The position numbers were made by a program, and so were the translations under genes. From contig JAFGQU010000013.1 of assembly GCA_016935525.1 (NCBI GenBank), positions 26,523 through 90,522 on the forward strand: a stretch of 64,000 nucleotides of DNA. The letters run 5' to 3'. How positions within the stretch are numbered: the stretch's first letter is position 1; the number at the start of each line of letters is the position of its first letter. Under the pieces are notes generated by a model, which saw nothing but the letters and a program-made list of their open reading frames with translations, was not told the origin of the DNA and searched no databases. Below, in pieces: positions 35,408 through 46,167 of the stretch. Source of the stretch: Candidatus Omnitrophota bacterium (GTDB lineage: Bacteria; Omnitrophota; Gorgyraeia; Duberdicusellales; 4484-171).

Positions 35408-36700
35408 ATGATAGCACGATATACCCCCGAAAAGATTGGGAAAATATGGACTGACGAGGAAAAATTCCGCAGATTTCTCGAGATAGAGATCCTGCTCTGT
35501 GAAGCTTTAGAGAAGAACCGGAAAATCCCCGGCGGTGTATCTCGCCGGATACGGAAAAAAGCGAAGATATCGGTAAAAAGGATCCTCCAGATCGAGGAGT
35601 CTACGCATCATGATATTATCGCTTTTCTTAAGGACCTTTCGGCATCGTTAGGGGATGATGCTCAATATCTGCATTGGGGATTGACTTCAAGCGATCTTCT
35701 GGATACTACGCTTGCCTGGCAGATAAAAGATGCGACCGCGGTTATCCTTGCCGATACCGAAAAACTGCTTGCGGCCGTAAAAAAACAGGCCTTGAGGTAT
35801 AAAGATACGCTGTGTGTCGCGCGGACTCACGGGGTCCATGCCGAAATCTATAGTTTTGGCTTGAAATTCGTTTCGTTTTATGACGAGTTGTCCCGTAGCC
35901 ACGAACTTCTGAAAGAGGGGATCGGGCGTATCGCGACCGGAAAAATATCCGGAGCCGTGGGGACGTTTGCGTATCTTGAACCGAAAGTAGAGGAATATAT
36001 CTGTAAAAAACTGGGTATCGGGATATCGCCGGTATCGACCCAGATCGTCTCGCGCGAACGGCATGCCTATTATCTTTCTCTTCTGGCTTTGCTGGCATCG
36101 ACGATAGAACGGTTTTCGACCGAGATCCGGCATTTGCACCGTACCGAGGTGAATGAGGCGAAAGAGCCGTTCTATAAAGGGCAAAAAGGGTCAAGTGCCA
36201 TGCCTCATAAACAGAATCCGATCATCTGTGAACGGATGAGCGGGCTGGCCCGTCTGGTACGCGGGAATATGATGGTTGCGTATGAAAATATCAACCTGTG
36301 GCATGAACGGGATATTTCTCATTCATCGGCCGAACGGGTCATTATCCCCGATGCGACTATTGCTCTTACCTATATGGTAGGCAAATGTATCGAGGTGGTG
36401 AAGAATTTAAACGTGAATCCTCAGAATATGCTTAAAAACATCGAGTTAAATCGCGGATTGATCTATTCTCAGAAGATCCTTTTGACGCTTATGCAGAAAG
36501 GGGTCTCAAGGATGCAGGCGTATGACCTGGTGCAAAGTATCTCGCTTAAGGTCATCAATGATCACTCCGATTTTAAGAAAGAGATCATGGCTGATTCCCG
36601 GATTAAGAAGTATTGCTCGAAACAGGAACTGGAAGATATTTTCGATCCTTACGAATATCTTGCCAATATTGAAAAAATCTACAAACGTGTGCTTGGATAA
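35408..36700 (+). CDS. purB: adenylosuccinate lyase
   Basis: MIARYTPEKIG N-terminus and fumarate-lyase signature GSSAMPHKQNP. Confidence 0.85.
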   Translation: MIARYTPEKIGKIWTDEEKFRRFLEIEILLCEALEKNRKIPGGVSRRIRKKAKISVKRILQIEESTHHDIIAFLKDLSASLGDDAQYLHWGLTSSDLLDTTLAWQIKDATAVILADTEKLLAAVKKQALRYKDTLCVARTHGVHAEIYSFGLKFVSFYDELSRSHELLKEGIGRIATGKISGAVGTFAYLEPKVEEYICKKLGIGISPVSTQIVSRERHAYYLSLLALLASTIERFSTEIRHLHRTEVNEAKEPFYKGQKGSSAMPHKQNPIICERMSGLARLVRGNMMVAYENINLWHERDISHSSAERVIIPDATIALTYMVGKCIEVVKNLNVNPQNMLKNIELNRGLIYSQKILLTLMQKGVSRMQAYDLVQSISLKVINDHSDFKKEIMADSRIKKYCSKQELEDIFDPYEYLANIEKIYKRVLG

Positions 36701-36720
36701 GAAAGAACCACCCATTTTCA

Positions 36721-39606
36721 ATGATCTGGCGTATAGACGTTTTTTCTCAAATCAAACCTAATGACCATAGCGTGTGTTCCCATATCCAGGACCTCGGAAT
36801 TCAGAAGGCCTGTGAGGTCACTGTCAGAAAAGTCTATTGTATTGAGTCAGATCCCCCGCGAAATCGTATTGAAGATATTTCCCGTAAGTTATTGATCGAT
36901 CCGGTGATCGAACGGTTCACGGTAAGCGAGGGGTTTTATGAAAAACCGCCGGGACCGGGTGAGATTATGATCACCTATAATCCCGGGGTCTGTGACCCGG
37001 TTTCTTTGTCTTTGGCGAAAGCCCTCGGCGATCTTGAGTTTGATGCGAAAAACGTGTGTACGGGGAGGGCGTATACATTCGAGGGGCTTACCGATGAAGA
37101 AATACGGTATGTTGCCGAGAAGTTGTTATACAATCCTTTGATCGAGCATATCGTCGAATACGAAAAAGTGAAAGATCTGGTTACTCTCGATGTGTTTAGC
37201 GGTACGGCATATTCGTTTCGTCTTAACACCGTACCGATTACCCAAGCTACCGATGATGAGTTGATGGAGATATCGCGTAAAGGGTGTCTCTCGCTTAATA
37301 CGGCCGAGATGAAACTCATCCAGCGTTATTTTAAAGATCAAAGGCGTGAGCCGACCGATTGTGAACTGGAGACTGTCGCTCAGACCTGGTCGGAACATTG
37401 CGCGCATAAGACGTTTCGCGGATTGATCACGTATGAAGAACGCGACGACCAGGGTAAACTCATCGAATCTCAGGAAATACATAATCTGCTGAAATCGACG
37501 GTGATGAAAGCTACCGAGGATATCGGTTCTCAAGATTGTATATCGGTATTCAGCGACAATTCCGGAGTTGTCCGGTTTAATGAAGATTCGCATCTTTGTT
37601 TTAAAGTAGAGACCCATAACCATCCTTCAAGCCTTGAGCCTTATGGCGGGGCGTCTACCGGCATCGGCGGGGTGATCCGTGATATCCTCGGTACCGGATG
37701 CGCGGCTCGTCCGTTTGCTTCGATCGATGTGTTTTGTTTTTCGCCCTGGCGGATGTCATACCAGGATGTCCCCAAAGGGCTGCTTCATCCCCGGCGGGTG
37801 ATCAAAGGAGTAGTGCGGGGGGTACGGGATTACGGGAACCGTATGGGGATTCCGACGGTCGCCGGCGCGGTAGTATTTGATGAGCGGTTTTTAGGAAATC
37901 CCCTGGTATATTGCGGTACGTTAGGCCTTATTCCTCACGATAAAGTAGAAAAACAGGTATCGTGCGGCGATGTGGTGATCGTCTGCGGCGCGCGTACCGG
38001 ACGCGACGGTATCCATGGCGCGACGTTCTCATCGATCGAACTCGATGAAACGACGATCACCCTTACTCAGGCAGTACAGATCGGTAATCCTATCGAAGAG
38101 AAAAAACTTACCGAAGCGATCCTGCGGGCTCAAAGAGCGGACCTTTTCTCCGCCATTACCGATTGCGGAGCCGGGGGCTTAAGCAGCGCGGTAACTGAAC
38201 TTGCGGCGGATCATGGGGTACGGGTGGATCTGGAAAAAGTGCCGCTTAAATATGCCGGCTTGACGTATACCGAAATATGGATATCGGAGTCTCAGGAACG
38301 GATGGTCTTTTTTACTCAAAAAGATAAAATCGAAGATATCCGCAGGATTTTTCAGGAAGAAGAAGTGGAATTCAGCGTGATCGGCGAGGTTACGCAAGAT
38401 AAACAACTCGCTCTTTTCTATGAAGGCAATCAGGTGTGCCGGTTGGATCTCGATTTTCTTTTTAAAATACCGCGTCTTGAAAAAAAAGCGGTCTGGGTGA
38501 GGCCGCAGGAGATCAGGATCGCCCTGGATGAAAAAGACAATTACACCCATGACCTGAAATCGTTGCTGGCGTCTCCCAATATCGCTCCTAAAGACTGGAT
38601 CGTGACCGAATATGATCATGAAGTGCAGGGCGGGTCGGTAGTGAAACCGTTTAAAGAAACAGGCAATATCGCGGTAAGCGATGCCAGTGTCGTGAGGCCG
38701 GACTTACATAGTGAAAAAGCGGTCGTAATCGGGTTAGGCATAAATCCGTTCTATTCGGATATCGATCCTTACTGGATGGCGGCGTTGGCGATCGATGAAG
38801 CGATACGTAATATCATCGCATCCGGCGGTACCCTTACCCATACGTTTTTGCTCGATAATTTCAGTTGGGGAGCGCCTACCGACGAGAAAGTCTTAGGGGG
38901 CTTGGTGAGGGCAAGCCGGGCTTGTTACGATTTTGCCACACAGTTCGGGACCCCGTTTATTTCCGGTAAAGACAGTCTTTATAACGAATATATTGTCGAA
39001 GATACACGGATCTCAATACCGGGAACACTGCTTATTTCGGCGGTCTCGGTGATCGAGAGCTGGAAGAAGACGATTAAAAACCATTTCACTAAAAAAGATG
39101 ATCTGATCTATCTGGTAGGACAGACAAAACCGGAAATGGGCTCATCAGAATATTTTCGTCAACATAACGTCGCCGGCGGTATCGTCCCTAAAATAGAGCC
39201 TTATGCCTGCGAGATATTCAAGAAATTGAGCGAAGCGATTACGAAAGGGTATGTCTCATCTTGCCATGATTGTTCAGAGGGCGGATGCGCGGTTGCACTT
39301 GGCGAGATGTGTATCGGAGCCAATATCGGAGCGAATATATTTTTGGCCGAGATGCCCCAAACCGAGAATATGAGGTCTTATGAACTGCTTTTTTCCGAAT
39401 CTCCTTCCCGGTTTATCGTCGAGGTGAGAAAAGAAAATAAAGAGAATTTCGAAAAGATCATCCAGGGCGTTCCTTACGGGTTGATCGGATGTGTTTCCGG
39501 CGATGAGAAGCTGTTGATCCATGATAAGAACAATGATGTGGTCGTCGGGGCATCCCTTTCCGAATTAAAACAGGCCTGGATACACACGTTCAGTGAATTT
39601 CGATGA
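36721..39606 (+). CDS. purL: phosphoribosylformylglycinamidine synthase, PurS-PurS-PurL fusion
   Basis: Two tandem PurS-like ~75-aa segments (KLLIDPVIERF, KLLYNPLIEHI) then the small-type PurL core (SEHCAHKTF, THNHPS). 961 aa. Confidence 0.85.
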   Translation: MIWRIDVFSQIKPNDHSVCSHIQDLGIQKACEVTVRKVYCIESDPPRNRIEDISRKLLIDPVIERFTVSEGFYEKPPGPGEIMITYNPGVCDPVSLSLAKALGDLEFDAKNVCTGRAYTFEGLTDEEIRYVAEKLLYNPLIEHIVEYEKVKDLVTLDVFSGTAYSFRLNTVPITQATDDELMEISRKGCLSLNTAEMKLIQRYFKDQRREPTDCELETVAQTWSEHCAHKTFRGLITYEERDDQGKLIESQEIHNLLKSTVMKATEDIGSQDCISVFSDNSGVVRFNEDSHLCFKVETHNHPSSLEPYGGASTGIGGVIRDILGTGCAARPFASIDVFCFSPWRMSYQDVPKGLLHPRRVIKGVVRGVRDYGNRMGIPTVAGAVVFDERFLGNPLVYCGTLGLIPHDKVEKQVSCGDVVIVCGARTGRDGIHGATFSSIELDETTITLTQAVQIGNPIEEKKLTEAILRAQRADLFSAITDCGAGGLSSAVTELAADHGVRVDLEKVPLKYAGLTYTEIWISESQERMVFFTQKDKIEDIRRIFQEEEVEFSVIGEVTQDKQLALFYEGNQVCRLDLDFLFKIPRLEKKAVWVRPQEIRIALDEKDNYTHDLKSLLASPNIAPKDWIVTEYDHEVQGGSVVKPFKETGNIAVSDASVVRPDLHSEKAVVIGLGINPFYSDIDPYWMAALAIDEAIRNIIASGGTLTHTFLLDNFSWGAPTDEKVLGGLVRASRACYDFATQFGTPFISGKDSLYNEYIVEDTRISIPGTLLISAVSVIESWKKTIKNHFTKKDDLIYLVGQTKPEMGSSEYFRQHNVAGGIVPKIEPYACEIFKKLSEAITKGYVSSCHDCSEGGCAVALGEMCIGANIGANIFLAEMPQTENMRSYELLFSESPSRFIVEVRKENKENFEKIIQGVPYGLIGCVSGDEKLLIHDKNNDVVVGASLSELKQAWIHTFSEFR

Positions 39607-40373
39607 GTATTAAAACGTTAGTGTTAAGGACTGCCGGGATCAATTGTGACGCCGAAAGCGAATACGCCTTTCGCAGCTTAGGCTCCCAAGTCGACCGGCT
39701 GCATATTAACCGTCTTAAACAAAGAGTGTCGCTCACCGATTATCAGATCATCTGTGTGCCGGGGGGGTTTAGTTATGGAGACGATCTGGGTGCCGGTAAG
39801 ATATTTTCTTTAGAACTGTTGTTGTGGTTTAAAGACCAGTTACAGCAGTTTTTAAAAAAAGACGGGTTGATCATCGGTATTTGTAACGGATTCCAGGTGC
39901 TGGTGAAAACCGGGATACTTCCTGATACCGATTTTGTCCAGAAAGTGACTTTGACCGATAACGATTCCGGACGGTTTGAAGACCGTTGGATCCACTTGAA
40001 AGTCCCCCAGGATCCTTCTCATCCGGCTCGGCGGATATGGCTTAAAAGTCTGCCTGAGATCATCCAGTTGCCGGTAGCTCACGGCGAAGGTAAATTCTTT
40101 GCGAACGACAAAGTTTTAGATACAATAAACGGATCGGAACAGGTCGCGTTACGTTACGTGGATGCGTCCGGGAAAGTGTCCGGGTATCCGGCTAACCCTA
40201 ACGGGTCTTTAGAAAGTATCGCCGGGATCACCGATACCCAGGGTAAGGTGTTCGGGTTGATGCCTCACCCGGAAAGATGTTTCCAGGAACACCATCATCC
40301 TTTCTGGCAGCAGAAAGAGAAAGTCACTTTTGGCCGTAAAATTTTTCAAAACGCCATCGACTATTTCAAATGA
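39603..40373 (+). CDS. purQ: phosphoribosylformylglycinamidine synthase glutaminase subunit
   Basis: Class I GATase: GICNGFQVL (Cys nucleophile), HPE motif. Confidence 0.85.
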   Translation: MSIKTLVLRTAGINCDAESEYAFRSLGSQVDRLHINRLKQRVSLTDYQIICVPGGFSYGDDLGAGKIFSLELLLWFKDQLQQFLKKDGLIIGICNGFQVLVKTGILPDTDFVQKVTLTDNDSGRFEDRWIHLKVPQDPSHPARRIWLKSLPEIIQLPVAHGEGKFFANDKVLDTINGSEQVALRYVDASGKVSGYPANPNGSLESIAGITDTQGKVFGLMPHPERCFQEHHHPFWQQKEKVTFGRKIFQNAIDYFK

Positions 40374-41401
40374 GATCTTCTAAAAGGGTATCCTACAAAT
40401 CGTGCGGGGTGAGTATCGCCGGCGGCGAAAAATTCGTCACGACCATTAAACGCCTCTTTCCGAAAAAAGCCAAAGAGACGGTATCGGCGTTCAGCTCGTT
40501 GTTTCCGCTTGCAAAGTTGTCAAAACACTACCAGGAGCCGTTACTGGTCGCTTCCACCGACGGGGTAGGGACTAAACTGCTTATCGCGCAGAGTCTCAAT
40601 ATCCATCATACCGTGGGAATAGACCTGGTAGCGATGAATACGAACGATATTATCAGTATCGGGGCCCGTCCGCTTTTCTTTTTAGATTATATCGCTTGCG
40701 GTAAAGTGCATCACCGCCTTTTGACTACATTGATGCAGGGGATAAAACGCGGCCTGGAATTTTCCGAATGTCAGTTGATCGGGGGAGAGACGGCCGAGAT
40801 GCCGGATATGTATACACCTAGCGAGTATGACCTTGCCGGGTTTTGTACGGGAATAGTGGATAAAAAAAGGATCATCGACGGCCGAAAGATCTCCCGGGGC
40901 GACATAGTGATCGGCCTGGCTTCAAGCGGTATCCATTCTAACGGGTATTCTTTGGTGAGGAAAGTGTTTACTCCTTTAGAAATAAAAAAATATTCCCGTC
41001 AGATCCTGGAGCCGACCCGTATTTATGTGAAACCTATATTGAATTTGATCGAGAAGATCAAAGATCTGCATACGGTAGTGAAAGGTATCGCTCATGTTAC
41101 CGGCGGCGCGTATTACACAAAAGCGACTAAGATCATCCCTCACCGGTACAGTATGTCGCTCGATAAGAGGGCCTGGCCGGTACCGGAGATATTTACACGG
41201 ATACAGAAAAAAGGGCGGGTATCGGAAAAAGAGATGTATTCGGTATTCAATATGGGGATCGGGATGATCGTGGTCGTACATAAAGACCATCTCGAACGTT
41301 GTGTGAAGAAATTACGTAATTATTGTAAATGTTATGTGATCGGCGAGATCGTGAAATCCAAGAAGGCAGGAGAGAAAGTCGTATGGGCAAAAAAGTCCTG
41401 A
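40370..41401 (+). CDS. purM: phosphoribosylformylglycinamidine cyclo-ligase (AIR synthetase)
   Basis: AIRS domain VASTDGVGTKL and C-terminal AIRS_C region. Confidence 0.9.
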   Translation: MRSSKRVSYKSCGVSIAGGEKFVTTIKRLFPKKAKETVSAFSSLFPLAKLSKHYQEPLLVASTDGVGTKLLIAQSLNIHHTVGIDLVAMNTNDIISIGARPLFFLDYIACGKVHHRLLTTLMQGIKRGLEFSECQLIGGETAEMPDMYTPSEYDLAGFCTGIVDKKRIIDGRKISRGDIVIGLASSGIHSNGYSLVRKVFTPLEIKKYSRQILEPTRIYVKPILNLIEKIKDLHTVVKGIAHVTGGAYYTKATKIIPHRYSMSLDKRAWPVPEIFTRIQKKGRVSEKEMYSVFNMGIGMIVVVHKDHLERCVKKLRNYCKCYVIGEIVKSKKAGEKVVWAKKS

Positions 41402-42681
41402 TTATAGGAAGCGGCGGCCGGGAACATAGTCTTGCCTGGAAAATCGCGCAATCACCGCTTACCGAAAAGATCTATTGCGCCCCCGGTAACGGCGGGACAC
41501 ACGATCTGGGAGAAAATGTTCCGATAAAAGCTACCGATCCGGATGCATTATTGGCTTTTGCTCAGAAAAAAGAGATAGATTTTGTGATCGTAGGGCCTGA
41601 GGCTCCGTTGGTCGACGGGATTGTCGACCTATTTGAATCGGCGGATATCCCTATCTTCGGCCCTTCGGGCGAACTGGCCCGGCTGGAGGGAAGTAAGGTC
41701 TATAGTAAAGAACTGTTAAAGAAGTTCAATATTCCTACCGCGGACTTTCAGGTGTTCGATAATGCCGATGAGGCGCTATCTTACGTACGGGCGAAAGGAG
41801 CTCCGATCGTCATTAAAGCCGACGGGCTTGCCGCCGGTAAAGGCGTGATTATTGCCAAGACTCTCGATGAAGCCGCCGGTGCGATCGATATGATTATGCG
41901 GCAAAAACAGTTCGGGTTTGCCGGCAGCCAGATAATAATCGAAGATATGCTTGAAGGTGAAGAAACTTCGATCCTGGTCGTGACCGACGGGACGACGATT
42001 GTGCCGCTTGTCGCGTCCCAGGACCATAAACGGGTGGGTGACGGTGATCAGGGGCCTAATACCGGCGGGATGGGCGCGTATGCTCCGGCACCGCTGGTCG
42101 ATGAGGCTATGGCTCATAAGATCATCTCGGAAGTATTTGAACCGTTGATCCGGGGATTGAAAAAAGAAGGTAAGAAATATAAAGGTATACTGTATGGCGG
42201 GCTAATGATCAAAGATAACCAGCCTTATGTCTTAGAGTTTAACGTGCGGTTCGGCGACCCGGAAACCCAGGTGGTGTTACCTAAACTAAAGTCTGACCTG
42301 TTGGAATTGATGATAAAGACTACCGAGGAACGTTTAGAAGGAGTGATGTTGGAATGGGATCCGCGTTATTGTGTCGGGGTAGTGCTCGCATCGGAGGGGT
42401 ATCCCGGTAGTTATGAAAAAGGAAAAGAGATCTCCGGTTTAGATACAGTAGCCGCCCAGAAAGATATCTATGTGTTCCATGCCGGGACACAACGGACCGA
42501 AGGCGGGAAAATCGTAACTGACGGGGGTCGGGTGCTTAATGTCGTGGGAATGGCCGATACGCTCATTTTGGCTAAACAGAAAGCTTACCAGGGAGCCGAG
42601 ATGATCGACTTTAACGGTGTTCATTTCCGTCGTGATATCGGCGATAAGGGTTTAAAATTACTTTTCCCTCAGGCGAAATGA
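41383..42681 (+). CDS. purD: phosphoribosylamine--glycine ligase
   Basis: MGKKVLIIGSGGREHSLAWKI N-terminus, ATP-grasp core. Start ATG 41383 overlaps purM by 19 nt. Confidence 0.9.
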   Translation: MGKKVLIIGSGGREHSLAWKIAQSPLTEKIYCAPGNGGTHDLGENVPIKATDPDALLAFAQKKEIDFVIVGPEAPLVDGIVDLFESADIPIFGPSGELARLEGSKVYSKELLKKFNIPTADFQVFDNADEALSYVRAKGAPIVIKADGLAAGKGVIIAKTLDEAAGAIDMIMRQKQFGFAGSQIIIEDMLEGEETSILVVTDGTTIVPLVASQDHKRVGDGDQGPNTGGMGAYAPAPLVDEAMAHKIISEVFEPLIRGLKKEGKKYKGILYGGLMIKDNQPYVLEFNVRFGDPETQVVLPKLKSDLLELMIKTTEERLEGVMLEWDPRYCVGVVLASEGYPGSYEKGKEISGLDTVAAQKDIYVFHAGTQRTEGGKIVTDGGRVLNVVGMADTLILAKQKAYQGAEMIDFNGVHFRRDIGDKGLKLLFPQAK

Positions 42682-42727
42682 TGAGGGATTGCAATTTCCA
42701 AGGTGAACAGATAAAATAGGGGGGAAT

Positions 42728-43186
42728 ATGAAAGCAAAAATAGCGATCGTATTGGGTAGTAAATCGGATAAGGCCAGATTAGAAGAAGGTTTTTCTCTGC
42801 TCAAAGCCGTCCGTATCGGGTATACGTTAGAAATAATCTCTGCCCATCGCAATCCCGATGAGTTGCGTACGTTTTGCAAATATGCCAAACGCCGTGGGAT
42901 AGAGGTCATTATCGCCTGCGCGGGGCTGGCTGCGGCTCTGCCCGGATTTATCGCTTCTTATGTCGATATCCCGGTGATCGGAGTCCCGCTTGAAGGCGGA
43001 CCGCTTAATGGGTTTGAGAGTCTCGTTTCTATTGTCGAGGTGCCAAAAGGTATCGGCCTGGTCAGTACCGGTATCGGTAAAAAGGGGTTCTTTAACGCGA
43101 TCATCTTTGCGTTACGGATACTCGCTTGCCAGCATAAAGAATATCAGAAAGCGTTGGTTACCGTCACCAATAAATTTAAAAAATGA
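42728..43186 (+). CDS. purE: N5-carboxyaminoimidazole ribonucleotide mutase
   Basis: KIAIVLGSKSD...EIISAHRNPDEL...AGLAAALPG PurE motifs. Confidence 0.9.
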   Translation: MKAKIAIVLGSKSDKARLEEGFSLLKAVRIGYTLEIISAHRNPDELRTFCKYAKRRGIEVIIACAGLAAALPGFIASYVDIPVIGVPLEGGPLNGFESLVSIVEVPKGIGLVSTGIGKKGFFNAIIFALRILACQHKEYQKALVTVTNKFKK

Positions 43187-44244
43187 AAAGGATTTCTCTT
43201 AACGCTCAAAATTCCGATCTGTCTCTTTTCCAGGAAGTAAAAGATATTATCCTGAAAGGAGGAATCGTGGCGTTACCGACCGAGACCGTATATGGGCTGG
43301 GAGCGTTGGCCCGTAGTAAGTCGGCAGTCGAAAAACTGGTTGCGCTTAAACAACGGGATCTGAACAAACCGTTTACTCTGGTCGTAGGGAACATCGATCA
43401 GGCATTGAATATTTTTATGACCTTGCCTCCTTACGGGTACCGGCTCATCGAACGGTTCTGGCCCGGGCCGTTGACGCTTATTTTCTATGATAAAAAAGGG
43501 GATAAGGTGGGCATACGGGTGCCGGCCCATGAAGTATTACAACGGATATTGACCGGATTGACCGAACCGATCTATCTTCCTTCGGCCAATATCAGCGGAA
43601 ATAAGGAATCGTTAAGCGCCGATGAAGTAGAAACCGTGTTTAACGGGAGGATCGACCTGATCGTCGATAGCGGCGCTCCTCAGTATTGTCAGCCTTCTAC
43701 GGTGTTGGATATTACGTATCATCCTTTTAAGATCCTGAGGGAAGGGGTGGTGAGTACCCGGGAGATCGTCGAGAGTTTTGTGAGAAAACGGCTGGTATTT
43801 GTATGTACGGGTAATACCTGCCGTTCGGTACTTGGTGAATATCTTTTGAAAAAATATTTATTCGAATATGATCCGGGCCTTGCCGATCGATACGAGATCA
43901 TCTCCCGCGGAGTTTCTGCCGGCATTGGATGCGGAGCTTCCGATGGGGTGCTCGATATCCTTTTTCATGAAGAACAGATCGGGGCGGTAGACCATATATC
44001 GCAACGGTTAGACCATTATACGGTCCTTTCGTCAGACTTGATATTTACTATGGAAGAAAGTCAGAGAGAGTATGTGCTTCAAATGGAGCCCACGGCGGAG
44101 GCGAGAGTATTTGCGTTAAGTAAATTCTTGCCGGGAAGCCCGCAAAAAGATATTCAGGACCCTATCGGCCAGCCGAAGGAAGTGTATCAAAAAGCCTATG
44201 AATTGATAAAACAGAGTGTGGTAGAATTGAGAGAATGGCTGTAA
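43183..44244 (+). CDS. tsaC: fusion protein: L-threonylcarbamoyladenylate synthase (TsaC/YrdC) with C-terminal low-molecular-weight protein phosphatase domain
   Basis: YrdC fold (LPTETVYGLGA, KPFTLVV). From ~aa 200, VFVCTGNTCRSVLGEYL is the LMW-PTP CX5R P-loop, and DPIGQ is the LMW-PTP DP general-acid motif (YwlE-like). Confidence 0.75.
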   Translation: MKRISLNAQNSDLSLFQEVKDIILKGGIVALPTETVYGLGALARSKSAVEKLVALKQRDLNKPFTLVVGNIDQALNIFMTLPPYGYRLIERFWPGPLTLIFYDKKGDKVGIRVPAHEVLQRILTGLTEPIYLPSANISGNKESLSADEVETVFNGRIDLIVDSGAPQYCQPSTVLDITYHPFKILREGVVSTREIVESFVRKRLVFVCTGNTCRSVLGEYLLKKYLFEYDPGLADRYEIISRGVSAGIGCGASDGVLDILFHEEQIGAVDHISQRLDHYTVLSSDLIFTMEESQREYVLQMEPTAEARVFALSKFLPGSPQKDIQDPIGQPKEVYQKAYELIKQSVVELREWL

Positions 44245-44408
44245 TCACGTCACAAAGTCACATAGTCACAAGGTCACACGTGTGCCTTCGGCATGTCACA
44301 AGGACACATAGACACATGGTCACAAGTAAAGAGAAAAATACGTGTGACGTGTGTCGTGCAACGTGTGACAAGCCTGCTGGGTAGGCTTTCGTGTGTCGTG
44401 TGACTTAT
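44245..44408. repeat. family-1 repeat element, copy C (longest)
   Basis: CACGTCACAAAGTCACATAGTCACAAGGTCACACG - TGCCTTCGGCA - TGTCACAAGGACACATAGACACATGGTCACAAG ... GTGTGACGTGTGTCGTGCAACGTGTGAC - AAGCCTGCTGGGTAGGCTT - TCGTGTGTCGTGTGAC. Reverse complement of copy A. Confidence 0.7.
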
Positions 44409-44423
44409 ATGGATATTAATGTT

Positions 44424-44873
44424 ATGAAGATAGGTTTCGCGTGTGACCATCGCGGTTTTAATTTAAAAAACTTTCTTATGGATGTAAGTAAAGAGAAAGG
44501 ACATAGTGTCATAGATTATGGCACCTATTCCCGGGATTCTTGTGATTATCCCGATTATGCGGTAGCTTTAACAAGCGGGATAAACGAAAAAAAAGTCGAT
44601 CGCGGCGTCTTGATCTGTTATACGGGAGTGGGGAGTTCGATCGCCGCCAATAAAGTAAAAGGGATACGGGCGGCGTTAGTATCGAATACGAAGATGGCGG
44701 CACTCACCCGTAAACATAATAACAGTAATGTCTTGGTATTGGGATCGGGGTTTCTTACCCGTGATGATGCGAAAAAAATCATGCTGAAATGGTTCGCAAC
44801 TGACTTTGAAGGCGGGCGGCATCTGCGCCGGTTACGTAAAATCAAGAAAATCGAGGAGACAAATGATGTATGA
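44424..44873 (+). CDS. rpiB: ribose-5-phosphate isomerase B
   Basis: [27 protein letters not shown] (RpiB/LacAB family). Start ATG 44424, just outside the repeat. Confidence 0.85.
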   Translation: MKIGFACDHRGFNLKNFLMDVSKEKGHSVIDYGTYSRDSCDYPDYAVALTSGINEKKVDRGVLICYTGVGSSIAANKVKGIRAALVSNTKMAALTRKHNNSNVLVLGSGFLTRDDAKKIMLKWFATDFEGGRHLRRLRKIKKIEETNDV

Positions 44874-46128
44874 AATTCTCAAAAATGTAGATCCCCAGGT
44901 ATATCAGAGTATCGTCCACGAGATCCATCGTCAGCGGGATCAGATCGAATTGATTGCCAGTGAAAATTTTGCGCCACTTGCGGTATTGGCGGCGGCGGCT
45001 TCTCCGCTTACCAATAAATACGCCGAAGGGTACCCCCGGGCCCGCTGGTACGGCGGATGTCAGTATATCGATCAGGCCGAAGACCTCGCCCGGGAACGTG
45101 TAATAAAACTTTTCGGTGCCGAACATGCTAATGTCCAGCCTCATTCGGGGACTCAGGCTAATATGGCGGTCCTTTTGGCGATGTTGGACGCAGGAGACAC
45201 GATCTTAGCTATGGATCTTGCCTGTGGCGGGCATCTTTCTCACGGCCATCCGATGAATTTCAGCGGGAAGTTCTATAATGTGGTTTCCTACGGAGTAGAC
45301 CGTAAGACCGAACAATTGGATTATAACGAAATCTCAGAGCTTGCCTCGACTCATAAACCGAAATTGATCATTGCCGGGGCAAGCGCCTATCCGCGGATCA
45401 TAGATTTTGCCAAGTTCCGGGCGATCGCCGATAAAGTAGGTGCCTATCTTCTGGTGGATATGGCCCACTTTGCCGGAATGGTCGCCGCCGGAATATATCC
45501 TAATCCCGTAGAATATGCCGAGTTTGTGACTTCGACTACTCATAAAACATTACGCGGACCCCGCGGTGGGTTCATCCTTTGTCAGAAAAAATTTGCCAAA
45601 AAAATCGACTCAGCCGTCTTTCCCGGGATCCAGGGCGGCCCGCTTATGCATATTATTGCCGCTAAAGCCGTAGGGTTCGGGCTTTCATTGAAAGATGAGT
45701 TTAAAGAGTATCAGAAAAAACTGGTGCGCAACGCGGCCTATTTCGCCGATGCCTTGAGTAAGAAAGATTTCCGCATTGTCTCAGGCGGTACCGATACGCA
45801 TCTGTTTTTAGTCGATGTGAGGGCAAAAGGATTGACCGGCAAAGAATGTGCTACCTTTTTAGAAGAGGTCAATATTACGGTGAATAAAAATCTTATCCCT
45901 TATGATCCCGAGCCGCCGCTGGTAACCAGCGGTATTCGTATTGGGACTCCGGCAATCACTACCCGGGGGATGGGGACTCTTGAGATGGAAATACTTGCCG
46001 AATGTATTGAGATGGCGGTATGCAATCGTAAAGATGCCGGAAAGATGGATCAGGTAAAGGAAAAAGTCGCGCAATTGGCGGAAAAGTTCCCGCTTTATCC
46101 GGAGATCAAAGACGCGGATGATCGCTGA
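44863..46128 (+). CDS. glyA: serine hydroxymethyltransferase
   Basis: [20 protein letters not shown] (PLP-Lys). RBS GAGGAG before ATG 44863, overlapping the rpiB stop. Last codons DADDR* lie inside a family-2 repeat unit. Confidence 0.9.
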   Translation: MMYEILKNVDPQVYQSIVHEIHRQRDQIELIASENFAPLAVLAAAASPLTNKYAEGYPRARWYGGCQYIDQAEDLARERVIKLFGAEHANVQPHSGTQANMAVLLAMLDAGDTILAMDLACGGHLSHGHPMNFSGKFYNVVSYGVDRKTEQLDYNEISELASTHKPKLIIAGASAYPRIIDFAKFRAIADKVGAYLLVDMAHFAGMVAAGIYPNPVEYAEFVTSTTHKTLRGPRGGFILCQKKFAKKIDSAVFPGIQGGPLMHIIAAKAVGFGLSLKDEFKEYQKKLVRNAAYFADALSKKDFRIVSGGTDTHLFLVDVRAKGLTGKECATFLEEVNITVNKNLIPYDPEPPLVTSGIRIGTPAITTRGMGTLEMEILAECIEMAVCNRKDAGKMDQVKEKVAQLAEKFPLYPEIKDADDR

Positions 46129-46155
46129 TTTGAAGAAACACAGATGATCGCAGAT
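46114..46155. repeat. family-2 repeat units, locus E2
   Basis: GCGGATGATCGCTGAT and CACAGATGATCGCAGAT span the glyA stop and the probable comEB start region. Confidence 0.5.
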
Positions 46156-46167
46156 ATGAGTATGAAT

